Source: an uncultured Candidatus Saccharibacteria bacterium
GTDB lineage: Bacteria; Patescibacteriota; Minisyncoccia; Phycocordibacterales; PALSA-1337
Assembly: GCA_964558375.1 (NCBI GenBank)
Contig: CAZLCD010000001.1
Coordinates: 17,091 to 81,090 of the forward strand
Direction of reading: 5' to 3'
Length of the DNA: 64,000 nucleotides
The position numbers were made by a program, and so were the translations under genes. Under the pieces are notes generated by a model that saw only the letters and a program-made list of their open reading frames with translations, did not search any database and was not told where the DNA came from. Positions 17,638-26,961 of this stretch are shown piece after piece; the stretch's first letter is position 1; each line of letters opens with the position of its first letter.

Positions 17638-18288
17638 CTAGAGAAATTTAATCGAGTCTAAAATATGGTTAAATATCTTTCTACAGTTTTCAGTTTGTTT
17701 ACGTGTTCTGTCAGGATTTAATTTTAAAAAATCATAGTTAGTAAAATTCACAGAATCGTAATTACAAGCAGATTGCGTTAGTCCCACAAATCTATTTTCT
17801 TTTCTATAAAACCCTTTCAATGAATGACCTATTTCCAAATCACCCTCATATATAGTCATTCTGGTATCTGTTTTATATTTATCTTTTGTGATTTCCTTAT
17901 CGAACTCTGGGAATATATCTTGCTCTACTATATCTGTACTGCGTGGATCTGTAGGTATCAAGATAGTATTTTTTTGAGAATATATCCTTATCTCATGATA
18001 GCCCATATTATATCGATCATACTTAGCGGTTTTACCTATAGGGATAATCATAGATATGGTGCCGTCATCCCTATCTTCAGAAAGAAAGTCTTTTTTAATA
18101 TAGTCAAATGAGATACCTAGTTCAGCATTTTCTTTTCTTTCCCAAACTATATTTTCATAGTCAATATCTATGAATAATCCATCGTCTTTATTATTTTTAT
18201 AGATATAAAAACTAGTACAGATTATAAGAAATATAACCACATAAGATATTATTACGGATGATTTTAAATTTAACTTCCTCATATCCAT
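17638..18288 (-). CDS. Hypothetical membrane-anchored protein
   Basis: Single N-terminal TM helix (VIISYVVIFLIICTSFYIY), no recognisable domain. Confidence 0.4.
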   Translation of the reverse strand: MDMRKLNLKSSVIISYVVIFLIICTSFYIYKNNKDDGLFIDIDYENIVWERKENAELGISFDYIKKDFLSEDRDDGTISMIIPIGKTAKYDRYNMGYHEIRIYSQKNTILIPTDPRSTDIVEQDIFPEFDKEITKDKYKTDTRMTIYEGDLEIGHSLKGFYRKENRFVGLTQSACNYDSVNFTNYDFLKLNPDRTRKQTENCRKIFNHILDSIKFL

Positions 18289-18311
18289 AATTTATCATTA
18301 AATTGGATAAA

Positions 18312-18346
18312 TAAAAAGGGAGCCTACAGTGAAGTAGACTCCCGTG
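18312..18346 (-). terminator. Hairpin terminator downstream of the M23 peptidase gene
   Basis: gggagcctac / gtagactccc 9-10 bp stem followed by a T-run on the minus strand (A-run 18312-18320 on plus). Confidence 0.4.
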
Positions 18347-18377
18347 AATTGGGTTATTACCCAGGAAACAAAGAGCT

Positions 18378-20471
18378 TTACGGATTGAGCCAGAGGTTTG
18401 GTTCAATCACTTTTTCGTCTTGAGCGAATTTGCCATATGGATCAACAACCCTAAGCATTTTAGAATTGTTGTCGGTACGCCAAACTGAAAAATGGAGGTG
18501 GGGTTTTTCAGCACCTTTATCTCCAACTTTACCAATAATTGCACCTTTTGTGACCGACACACCACTTTTAGGTTTCCAGTTATTGGCATCAGTTTTATCT
18601 ACAAACGCAGACTCAATGTCTGATAAATGCAAATAGCGTGTATAGTAACCGTTATTATGATCAATGATTAGTCCATGGAATTCTCTCATGTTATCAGATG
18701 GTAATGTTGTAAACTTTTCACCTTGATAACTCTCGAATTTACTTAGGTCATCCGGCCCAACTGTTTTACCACTCGCTGGGGCATATATAATTGTTCCTAT
18801 TCCATATGGATAATCATAACCATCGTGACCATCATATTGAAGAGCTGAGGGACCTGCTTTTACTGTACCTACATAATCGAAAGGTAAATTGAGAACACTT
18901 TGAACTGTGGGCAGTATGATAGATAATCCACCATCACTTATCCTTACAGTCCCTTCGATTGCATGAATAAATTCTTCTCCAGCTTTTAAGACTGGAAAGA
19001 TATCTCCATTAAGGGTAAGTATGAACTTATCGACAGCATTTTCACCTGCAAACCTTTTCCCGTGATCCATAATTGCAGACACTTTTGCATCTACAAGTTT
19101 GATACCTGGTGCCAATGGGAAGCTTAGGAAAGGTTGGATCGATAGTTTGTCGTAGAATGCCCATCGGAACATCTCACTACTATTTGGATTCCGAATCGAT
19201 TGCTCTTTAAGATCTATCCTCTCAGCTGTATCTCCAGTGAATTCTTTTGCAGTCAGTGGTGCCCATCCTGTACCATCCTTCGAGGACTCCATCACCTGTA
19301 TATATCCAACTTGAGTCGCAGGTGCCTGAACGATTTCAGGACGAGTAGGTTCAGGGAAGCTTACAAGTTCTACTGGCTGACGACGGAATAGCAGAGTCAT
19401 TGCTGTACTGTGAGCCGTAATACTGAATGTATAGTCTTGGCTCACAGAATACAGATCGGAATCATCACTCTTCCACTCCAAGAACCTATGTCCAGAAGCA
19501 GGATTAGCTTTGAGCGTAACTCTAGTGCCTGCAGGAAACATATAGCTGTTTCCTGCAGCTGGCACAATACCGCCACCTACATCCGATGGATCGATAGTAT
19601 AGGAACCATTTCCATTAACATTTATTGTAAGTTCATAGAGTTTCGGCTTGAAGGCAACATTCACGGTTTTATTGGCTGTGACGCGCGATAGAGTGTAAGT
19701 ATTACCGCCAGTTTGAACTCTGGAGTTATTTACAAACCATTTGTCGATTTCATAATCTGAGTTAGCAGTAGCAGTGAAGCTCAAGCTACTATAGCCTTCT
19801 GCAGATAAGCTTCCTGCGGGACTGATATTTCCACCACTACCGGCAGATGCGTTCACAGTATAGACATTTCTAACAACTTTTAACACGACATCATCTATTC
19901 GAAATGTCGTATACAAGTTATTGTCAGTTTTGACTTTGAACATCAGATAGCATGAAGCTGCCGCCACAAGATCACCGAGAACCAACGAATGTGATTTCAG
20001 TGAGTAATTTCTTGAATCATTGTTTTGATCTTTATTCTTGTTTGAGTAATGAGCAAGAGGTTCTTCATGCGCCAAATCCCCATTGTAATCCAAAAATCTC
20101 AACATAACATCGAGCTTATCGTATTCCAACGATGTACCTTCGGCACTTGTGACATTAAGATAATAACTTACCTCAATCCTGTCTGCAGAGTCTTCCGGCT
20201 TAGGAAGTATGTACTGATAGAGTGCACCGTCTGCACTAAATGTCGTAGAATTCACATCTCCCAGGTATCCATAGTAAGATCCATTGCGAGCATTGACTCC
20301 TTGGATTATCCCAGCGCTTGTTGTAGCGCCTCCAGTATAACGAGTGATAGACCATGAGGATCTATTGTTTTCAAAACTACCGCCTAGTATTCCATCTCTG
20401 GATACTTCGCTCGATTTCAATGTAAAAACAGTGAGCACGAGCATCGACAAGCAGACAATTAACTTCTTCAT
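18378..20471 (-). CDS. Secreted M23 (LytM-type) metallopeptidase with large N-terminal beta-rich domains
   Basis: Signal peptide (MKKLIVCLSMLVLTVFTLKS). C-terminal M23 motifs: HxxxD (GHDGYD), YTRYLHLS, HLHF (HxH). Confidence 0.75.
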   Translation of the reverse strand: MKKLIVCLSMLVLTVFTLKSSEVSRDGILGGSFENNRSSWSITRYTGGATTSAGIIQGVNARNGSYYGYLGDVNSTTFSADGALYQYILPKPEDSADRIEVSYYLNVTSAEGTSLEYDKLDVMLRFLDYNGDLAHEEPLAHYSNKNKDQNNDSRNYSLKSHSLVLGDLVAAASCYLMFKVKTDNNLYTTFRIDDVVLKVVRNVYTVNASAGSGGNISPAGSLSAEGYSSLSFTATANSDYEIDKWFVNNSRVQTGGNTYTLSRVTANKTVNVAFKPKLYELTINVNGNGSYTIDPSDVGGGIVPAAGNSYMFPAGTRVTLKANPASGHRFLEWKSDDSDLYSVSQDYTFSITAHSTAMTLLFRRQPVELVSFPEPTRPEIVQAPATQVGYIQVMESSKDGTGWAPLTAKEFTGDTAERIDLKEQSIRNPNSSEMFRWAFYDKLSIQPFLSFPLAPGIKLVDAKVSAIMDHGKRFAGENAVDKFILTLNGDIFPVLKAGEEFIHAIEGTVRISDGGLSIILPTVQSVLNLPFDYVGTVKAGPSALQYDGHDGYDYPYGIGTIIYAPASGKTVGPDDLSKFESYQGEKFTTLPSDNMREFHGLIIDHNNGYYTRYLHLSDIESAFVDKTDANNWKPKSGVSVTKGAIIGKVGDKGAEKPHLHFSVWRTDNNSKMLRVVDPYGKFAQDEKVIEPNLWLNP

Positions 20472-20664
20472 ATGACCTATTCGCTTTCATTTTGTGTTTG
20501 TTTTCAACTTCCACTACCGTATCTAGCACAAACCAAATACAGCCTCGTACACTTTCGCATAGTAAGCACATCACAATAGATGCGCGGGAATTCTTTTTAT
20601 ATTTTATTTTAAATAGATACTTGGGTCAAGATTTTTAATCCAATTTTAATGTTATAATATTTCT

Positions 20665-21183
20665 ATGATCAAAGTCTTCATCATCGCTGCGGTTAGTGCC
20701 GATGGTTTCATAGCCAAGGACAGCCAACATGCCGCCCTTTGGACCAGCAAGGCCGACAAGAAGCGCTTTATCGAGCTTACCAAGCGTGCAGGAGTGGTGG
20801 TTATGGGCTCTACAACTTACAAAACTTTGGGGAGGCCACTTAAGGAGCGCGTCAATATTGTATATTCCAAAAATCAAAGTTTCGAAGGTGCAGAAGTTAC
20901 ACAAGATAATCCAAAAGATTTAATTAAAAAACTCGAAGAAAGAGGTTTTAAAGAATTAGCCATCTGTGGTGGATCTCATATATATTCTATGTTTCTAAAA
21001 GCAGGAGTAGTAGATACTATTTTTCTAACCATAGAGCCGATTATTTTTGGTAAAGGTATTACCCTATTCAATGAGGATTTGCATTACTTTTTAAAATTAA
21101 AAAACTCTCAAGCCTCAGAAAGTTCCGGATCACTTCTTTTAGAATATTCTGTCGATTATAGTGGAGCACCGAAGTTAAGTTAG
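20665..21183 (+). CDS. folA: Dihydrofolate reductase
   Basis: DHFR pattern IAAVSADGFIA...VVMGSTTYKTLGRPLKERVNIVYS...ICGGSHIY matching E. coli [24 protein letters not shown]...IGGGRVY. Confidence 0.7.
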   Translation: MIKVFIIAAVSADGFIAKDSQHAALWTSKADKKRFIELTKRAGVVVMGSTTYKTLGRPLKERVNIVYSKNQSFEGAEVTQDNPKDLIKKLEERGFKELAICGGSHIYSMFLKAGVVDTIFLTIEPIIFGKGITLFNEDLHYFLKLKNSQASESSGSLLLEYSVDYSGAPKLS

Positions 21184-21188
21184 GGAAT

Positions 21189-21311
21189 AAAAGCTAGAAG
21201 CACAATTGTATTGTGAAGCAGACTCCGCAGGCGAGTAGTCGCCGAGGATTAAGAAGTTTTTAGCAAAAAACTTCTGGTCTGCGGAATAATACAATTGTGC
21301 TTTTAGCTTTT
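21189..21311. repeat. Structured element or MITE-like unit with 24-bp terminal inverted repeats
   Basis: aaaagctagaagcacaattgtatt (21189-21212) is the near-perfect reverse complement of aatacaattgtgcttttagctttt (21288-21311). The interior holds two further hairpins (gcga gtag tcgc; agaagttttt agc aaaaacttct). It sits in the convergent folA/rplK intergenic region. Confidence 0.4.
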
Positions 21312-21365
21312 GGAACAAATAAAAAACACTAGTACATATTTCTTAGTGTTTTTTATTTAGACCTA

Positions 21366-21788
21366 CTACTTAACATCCACACCCATAGATCGGCAAGATC
21401 CTTCGATGATCTTCATCGCTGCCTCGATAGTACTAGCATTAAGATCTGGCATCTTTCGTTCTGCGATCTCTCGAACCTGAGCTTTGGTGATAGTACCTGC
21501 ACGCTTTACAGCATGTTTACCTGCACCCTTTTCAATACCGACAGCCTTTAGGATAAGAGAACTTGCTGGAGGAGTCTTCAAAACGAAATCATAAGTACGA
21601 TCATCGTAGACAGTGATCACAACAGGGATAAGGTCACCGATCATGGTCTTTGTAGCATCGTTGAACTTCTTGGTGAAGTCCCCAATATTAACACCAGCCT
21701 GACCCAAAGTCGGACCAAGTGGAGGAGCAGGAGTCGCCTTTCCTGCAGGAGCGATTACTTTTACTTTTTTAATTATTTTCTTAGCCAT
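21366..21788 (-). CDS. rplK: 50S ribosomal protein L11
   Basis: Highly conserved L11 sequence ([22 protein letters not shown]...). Confidence 0.95.
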   Translation of the reverse strand: MAKKIIKKVKVIAPAGKATPAPPLGPTLGQAGVNIGDFTKKFNDATKTMIGDLIPVVITVYDDRTYDFVLKTPPASSLILKAVGIEKGAGKHAVKRAGTITKAQVREIAERKMPDLNASTIEAAMKIIEGSCRSMGVDVK

Positions 21789-21843
21789 TTTTTTAAATTA
21801 TTTATATAGTGCCTCTAGAAGCATGAGGTATAGAGATACTACT

Positions 21844-22389
21844 TTAAATCTTGCCAACTTGCAAGAAATCGAGCTCTACTGGAGTCTCTCTTCCAAACAT
21901 AGAAACAAGTACCTTAACCTTACCGCGACTGTCATCCACTTCACTCACCTTACCTTCAAGGTCTTTGAAAGGCCCGTCGACAATCTTAACCATCTCTCCT
22001 TGAGCGAGGTCGATAGTGTGTTTGACCTCGTCTTTATTCATACGAGCAAAGAGTGTGTCTACTTCTTTCTTTTCAAGAGGAACTGGAAAAACTCCAGAAC
22101 CTACGAAACCAGTAACTCTTGGGGTATTGCGAACCACATACCAAGAATCATCGGTTACAACCATGTCTACCAGCACATATCCAGGATAGATCTTCTCTTC
22201 TTCTTCGATTCTCTTCCCTCCTTTTATTTTGATTTTCTTTTCTGTAGGTACAAGAACATTGAAAATACGATCCTCCATTCCTAGAGATTCTATTCTTTGC
22301 TTTAAGTTGCGAGCTACAGCGTTTTCGTATCCAGCATAAGTGTGTATAGCATACCAACTTCTTTCTCCTCCAATTTGTTGTTTTGACAT
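21844..22389 (-). CDS. nusG: Transcription termination/antitermination factor NusG
   Basis: NGN and KOW regions (WYAIHTYAGYENAV...GEMVKIVDGPFKDLEGKVSEVD). Classical secE-nusG-rplK order. Confidence 0.9.
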   Translation of the reverse strand: MSKQQIGGERSWYAIHTYAGYENAVARNLKQRIESLGMEDRIFNVLVPTEKKIKIKGGKRIEEEEKIYPGYVLVDMVVTDDSWYVVRNTPRVTGFVGSGVFPVPLEKKEVDTLFARMNKDEVKHTIDLAQGEMVKIVDGPFKDLEGKVSEVDDSRGKVKVLVSMFGRETPVELDFLQVGKI

Positions 22390-22411
22390 ATTTTTTAAAT
22401 TTAAAAATTAA

Positions 22412-22588
22412 TTAAACAAATAATGTAAGAAGTCTAGAGAAGATATAGTCGAAAACACCTAAAAGTAGAGCCGTTAGGATAGATACCGCAACTACAAGTA
22501 TAGAGTAGGAAATAGCCTGTTTTCTGCTTGGCCATGTGACATGCGCCATTTCTGCACGAGTTTCTTTGATATATTCTGCTATTTTCAT
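22412..22588 (-). CDS. secE: Preprotein translocase subunit SecE (58 aa, below the ORF-track cutoff)
   Basis: Manual translation: MKIAEYIKETRAEMAHVTWPSRKQAISYSILVVAVSILTALLLGVFDYIFSRLLTLFV. Single TM helix, position immediately upstream of nusG. Confidence 0.7.
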   Translation of the reverse strand: MKIAEYIKETRAEMAHVTWPSRKQAISYSILVVAVSILTALLLGVFDYIFSRLLTLFV

Positions 22589-22602
22589 AGTTTTAAAGTT
22601 TT

Positions 22603-22647
22603 TTTATTAAAAAACCCCGAAGGGGGTAGTAACTAAATACTACCCCC
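22603..22647 (-). terminator. Rho-independent terminator
   Basis: Perfect 10-bp hairpin gggggtagta-actaaa-tactaccccc plus adjacent cccc-gaa-gggg and a T-run on the minus strand, downstream of the DUF541 gene. Confidence 0.55.
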
Positions 22648-22693
22648 TTATGAGCTTTGAGTCAAGGAAAAGGCTTCCTTAGACTATTTGTAA

Positions 22694-23473
22694 CTATCTG
22701 ATCTCGTAACTGATAGAAACTCTAGCTGTAACCTTCTGTTCTCCTACAGGAATCTCTGGGGCACTAGCTGCTTTTATATTCATAACATCTCCACCCATAG
22801 CAGACATTTCTCTTGCGTATGGATATACTTGTTCATCACTAGAATCATAGAAACTTGTGATCTTTACTAGCTTTACACCAAGGTCCTTTGCAATCTTCTG
22901 TGCTTTCTCTTTTGCATTTGCAATAGCCTCTTCACGAGCAATAGCTTTAACAGAATCTAGATCGTCAATAGCAAACTGTAGACCATTCACAGTTTGTATT
23001 CCGGCTTTACCTATAGAATCAAATAGTTCTCCAGCTTTTGCAAGATCGCGAATCTTAACTTCGATTGTCTGATTGACATCATAGCCAGTCAAAACATTTT
23101 TTCCATTTGGACAGCCATATTGAGTACAGATGCCTTGATTGTATTCATAATGAGGGTTAATAGAATATGAAGATGTCTTTATATCTTTTTCGAGAACACC
23201 CCCAGCTTTCACAGCTTTGAGAGCAGTGTCAATTTTCATTGTAGCTTTTTCTTGAGCTTCCTTTACTGTCTTTGCAGTTTCATTTACAGCAAATGAAAAT
23301 GTTGCAATATCAGGAATAGAGATAGCTTCACCCTTACCATTTACAGAGATGATATTCATCATTGGTGAATCATCACCTAGAGTTTTTAATTGTTTAATAG
23401 AAATAACCGCTAAGAAGATAATAAGGAACACTCCTACCCACTTTATTATATTGTAAATTTTTTCTTGATTCAT
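22694..23473 (-). CDS. SIMPL/DUF541 family periplasmic protein
   Basis: N-terminal TM/signal anchor plus the conserved DUF541 pattern (ISVNGKGEA...PDIA.FSF.V...AKT...A...A). Confidence 0.65.
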   Translation of the reverse strand: MNQEKIYNIIKWVGVFLIIFLAVISIKQLKTLGDDSPMMNIISVNGKGEAISIPDIATFSFAVNETAKTVKEAQEKATMKIDTALKAVKAGGVLEKDIKTSSYSINPHYEYNQGICTQYGCPNGKNVLTGYDVNQTIEVKIRDLAKAGELFDSIGKAGIQTVNGLQFAIDDLDSVKAIAREEAIANAKEKAQKIAKDLGVKLVKITSFYDSSDEQVYPYAREMSAMGGDVMNIKAASAPEIPVGEQKVTARVSISYEIR

Positions 23474-23527
23474 ATATTTTTAGATTTAGATTTTAGATTG
23501 GTGATTAATATGATAATACGACCTGCT

Positions 23528-24334
23528 TTAGGCATTATAACAGGCATCGATGAGATTTTCAAATAAAGCGAGCACCGTCATCTGCCCCACACCACCAGGC
23601 ACAGGAGTGATCATACCCACAATATCTTTTACTTTTTCAAAATCTACATCCCCTACCAGTCTCTCTTCTAGCCTAGTAATGCCGACATCGACCACTATCT
23701 GCCCTTCTTTAAAGAATTTTTGATCAAAGAAAAGTGCTCTGCCAGTAGCCAAGATAACAATATCTGCATCTTTTGTTTTTTCAGCGGTGTTTTCTGTACC
23801 TTTATGGCAGACAGTAACGATAGCGCCTTCTTCATGACACATACGAGATATAGGCTCTCCTACGAGTTTGGAACGACCAACTATAGTAACCTTTTTTTGA
23901 GCCAAGTTGATTTTATAAAATTTAAACAATTCCTTTACCCCACGCGCTGTGGCTGGCATAAACTTTGTATTGCAATTCAAACCATCGATATCTTTAGAGG
24001 CGTTTATAGAATTTAAAATAATTTCGGAATTTAAATGTGAAGGTAAAGGCAATTGAGTGATGATGCCGTGCACCTCTTTATCATTATTGTATTTTTCTAT
24101 TATTTTAATTAGCTCATCTTGTGTGATCCTTTCATCGAGTTGTACATGAACTTCCTTGATTCCCATTTTTTGCGCAAAGCTTTTCTTGGCTTTAATATAA
24201 GAATCTGAATCTGCTCTATTGCCAACTTGGATTATCACTAGGCAAGGCAATACAGAAAGACCTTCGATCCTTGTTTTTAAAAAAGAAGTATAGTGCTCGC
24301 GTGCTTTTCTTCCATCAAGAATAATTGCTGTCAT
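23528..24334 (-). CDS. folD: Bifunctional methylene-THF dehydrogenase/methenyl-THF cyclohydrolase
   Basis: FolD similarity throughout (ILDGRKA..., GRSKLVGEPISRM, PVPGGVGQMTVLAL). Confidence 0.9.
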   Translation of the reverse strand: MTAIILDGRKAREHYTSFLKTRIEGLSVLPCLVIIQVGNRADSDSYIKAKKSFAQKMGIKEVHVQLDERITQDELIKIIEKYNNDKEVHGIITQLPLPSHLNSEIILNSINASKDIDGLNCNTKFMPATARGVKELFKFYKINLAQKKVTIVGRSKLVGEPISRMCHEEGAIVTVCHKGTENTAEKTKDADIVILATGRALFFDQKFFKEGQIVVDVGITRLEERLVGDVDFEKVKDIVGMITPVPGGVGQMTVLALFENLIDACYNA

Positions 24335-24343
24335 ATCATTAAG

Positions 24344-25039
24344 CTACCATGATTTTTTTGGAATTTCTATAGTTACAGTTTTCTGCTCTTTGGTTGTGGC
24401 AGTTTCAAATGAAAGCGAAGTAGCTGTCAAAGCGATCTTTTGATCTGGTAGTCTTATGGTAGAGCCGTATTTACTATCCCCCACTATTGGATGTCCGATA
24501 TGGGAAAACTGCGCACGTATCTGATGATGTCGCCCAGTCTTTAAAATTATTTTTAAAAGAGAAAAGTCATTTTCTTTTTTGATTAATTCATAAGATAATT
24601 CTGCCCTATCAGAATCTTTGACCTCATTATCAAAAACTTCTGAGAAATTCTGATTCTCATCATGCTTTATAAAATTTATTAAAGTCTTTTTATCTTCTAT
24701 GATATTTCCATGGATCCATGCATGATAAACTTTTTCTATAGTATGATTTCTAAATTGTTCTGAAAGTCGTGAAGCCCCCTTTGATGTTTTTGCAAACAGC
24801 ACCACCCCATCTACGTTTCTGTCTAGACGATGAATAAGTCCTAGGAAAACATTACCAGGCTTTTCGTATTTATTTTTTAAATACATTTTAACCTCTTCAA
24901 TCATAGATATTTCACCACTCTTATCACCTTGCACCAAAGTTCCAGCCGGCTTATATACAGCGATCAAATGATTGTCTTCGTATAGGACTTTTAGGGTTTC
25001 CATGGAAATTTTATTTGCTAAATCTCGCAAAAATCCCAC
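24344..25039 (-). CDS. RluA-family pseudouridine synthase
   Basis: Catalytic HRLDRNVDGVVLFAKT motif. Confidence 0.8.
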   Translation of the reverse strand: MGFLRDLANKISMETLKVLYEDNHLIAVYKPAGTLVQGDKSGEISMIEEVKMYLKNKYEKPGNVFLGLIHRLDRNVDGVVLFAKTSKGASRLSEQFRNHTIEKVYHAWIHGNIIEDKKTLINFIKHDENQNFSEVFDNEVKDSDRAELSYELIKKENDFSLLKIILKTGRHHQIRAQFSHIGHPIVGDSKYGSTIRLPDQKIALTATSLSFETATTKEQKTVTIEIPKKSW

Positions 25040-25871
25040 AAGGCAGTAGTCTACCAGTCTTACTTTCTTCTAGAGTCAGCTCTCCCCTCTCTATAGAACC
25101 CCCAAACTTTTCAACTAGAGGCTTCAAAACATTTTCATAAGCTATAGCAGAATATCCAGCAGAGTATCCATTTATTATAAAAAACAGAGGCTTGTCTGAA
25201 AGAAGTTTTATGCAGTCCTCAACTAAAGAAATAAAATGCTCTTCGATTTTCCATATCTCTTTGTTTGCCCCATGACCGAAAGCTGGTGGGTCCATGATGA
25301 TAGCGTCATACTTGTTCCCTCTTTTAATTTCTCTGCCGACGAAGACTCGCGCATCTTCGAGAATCCAACGAATAGGCTTGTCAGCAAGGCCAGAAAGCTC
25401 TGCATTTTCGCGAGCCCAAGTGATGGCAGATTTTGAACCATCGACATGCACAACTTTTGCTCCAGCTTGAGCGCAAGCGAGTGATGCTCCACCTGTATAT
25501 CCAAAAAGATTCAATACATCTACACCTTCATTTCCTTTTAAAATTTCCCTCATCCATTCCCAATTCGCAACTTGCTCTGGAAAAAGTCCAGTGTGCTTGA
25601 AGGCTGTAGGCTTTATCCAAAATTTCAATCCTCCAAAATCAATAGGCCATTTCTCGAGCTTGCCATTTTTATCAAAATTTTTGTATATCCACTCTGCTGA
25701 AGTTTCGGATCGAGAAAAGCTAGCATCGGCAATTTTCCAAGATTTTTCATCTAGATTTTTCCTCCACAAAGCTTGTGGATCTGGACGAGACAAAACCACC
25801 TTGCCAAATCTTTCGAGCTTTTCACCATCTCCAGAATCGAGAAGCTCATAATCTTTTTCTTTATTTTTCAT
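25011..25871 (-). CDS. Class I SAM-dependent (rRNA) methyltransferase, RlmI/RlmK-like
   Basis: Rossmann GYTGGAS SAM-binding motif and DPPAFG motif. Its 3' end overlaps the RluA-family gene. Confidence 0.55.
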   Translation of the reverse strand: MKNKEKDYELLDSGDGEKLERFGKVVLSRPDPQALWRKNLDEKSWKIADASFSRSETSAEWIYKNFDKNGKLEKWPIDFGGLKFWIKPTAFKHTGLFPEQVANWEWMREILKGNEGVDVLNLFGYTGGASLACAQAGAKVVHVDGSKSAITWARENAELSGLADKPIRWILEDARVFVGREIKRGNKYDAIIMDPPAFGHGANKEIWKIEEHFISLVEDCIKLLSDKPLFFIINGYSAGYSAIAYENVLKPLVEKFGGSIERGELTLEESKTGRLLPCGIFARFSK

Positions 25872-25873
25872 AA

Positions 25874-26350
25874 TTAATTATTTTTATGATTATGATTTTT
25901 TGCAAAAACATAAACAGCAAAGCCAAAGATACTAATAGAACTAAGAGCCGACAAAGCACAATACTGGCAGAAAGCTTTTATTATAAAAGCCATTAAGAAA
26001 ATAAAGTATAAGGAAGCTAGACAACCGACCACAGAAAGAGCTAGCGCAATTCTCAAATAAATCTCTTTCTTTGAATCAAGGTGAGCAAAAAGCAAAATTG
26101 CGACAACTAGATAATAGATGGAACCAAAGAGAGATTGTGGTATACCCATGAACTCTGAATACCTACTAGTTAAAACTGTTTCGCAACCATCTATAGTGCA
26201 TGGTGGTATCTCACCTTGATAATGTTTGACTGTCAGAAAAGTAGCATCAGCAAAGCCAATAAAAGCAATGATAAGAAGGACTATCGGCAGCCATTTAGGA
26301 AGTAGTTGTAGTTGAAGCGGCGTCTTCAATAAGTTTTTTAAATTCTTCAT
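25874..26350 (-). CDS. Vitamin K epoxide reductase (VKOR) family membrane protein
   Basis: Loop cysteines (CTIDGC) and TM CxxC (CQYCALS), about 4-5 TM helices. Paired with the adjacent DsbA-like gene. Confidence 0.6.
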   Translation of the reverse strand: MKNLKNLLKTPLQLQLLPKWLPIVLLIIAFIGFADATFLTVKHYQGEIPPCTIDGCETVLTSRYSEFMGIPQSLFGSIYYLVVAILLFAHLDSKKEIYLRIALALSVVGCLASLYFIFLMAFIIKAFCQYCALSALSSISIFGFAVYVFAKNHNHKNN

Positions 26351-26951
26351 AAGTTTGTGGATTTTTTATTTTTTTACCATTCAAGAAAAATGTAGGGGTA
26401 CTGTCTACCTTGGCCTTCATACCGCTCTTTACATTATCATTTATCTTGTCCTCTACAGCCTTCGAAGCATAGTCTGCCTTAAATTTAACAATATCGAGCC
26501 CAAGATTTTCGGCATAAGTATTGAACACTGAAGCAGTATCAGTTAGTGCAGACCAATTTTCTTGATTATTAAAAATCATACTATACATTTCCCAAAACTT
26601 ACCCTGAATTCCAGCCGCTTCAGCAGCCTTGGATGCTGGCACAGCATTTGGGTGACTAGCTAGAGGAAAGTGACGATATACTACTCTAACCTTGTCAAAA
26701 TTTTCCTCAGATAACTTTTCTACCATAGGGAAAAACGCTCCGCAAGCTGGGCACTGGAAATCACTGTATTCTATAAGAACCACAGGAGAAGAAGTGGCAC
26801 CCTTAACCCAATCATTCTCTGTAACTTGCTCAACAGAAGCGATACCAGCACTTTCCCTCTCAGCCTTATTGGCCGCCGCAATCATACCCCAAGTAATAAG
26901 TCCAATAACAATAATAAAACTGCCCCAGGTCAATATTCGTTTTGTATTCAT
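26295..26951 (-). CDS. DsbA-like thioredoxin-fold thiol:disulfide oxidoreductase (membrane-anchored)
   Basis: N-terminal TM helix and CxxC active site (FQCPACGAF). Confidence 0.65.
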   Translation of the reverse strand: MNTKRILTWGSFIIVIGLITWGMIAAANKAERESAGIASVEQVTENDWVKGATSSPVVLIEYSDFQCPACGAFFPMVEKLSEENFDKVRVVYRHFPLASHPNAVPASKAAEAAGIQGKFWEMYSMIFNNQENWSALTDTASVFNTYAENLGLDIVKFKADYASKAVEDKINDNVKSGMKAKVDSTPTFFLNGKKIKNPQTYEEFKKLIEDAASTTTTS

Positions 26952-26961
26952 ATGGGGCCTA

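Noticed and set aside
25874-26350. 56-nt overlap between the VKOR-like and DsbA-like ORFs suggesting a fusion or frameshift
   Set aside because: More likely the VKOR gene uses a downstream or alternative start. Both proteins have complete, separate motif sets.
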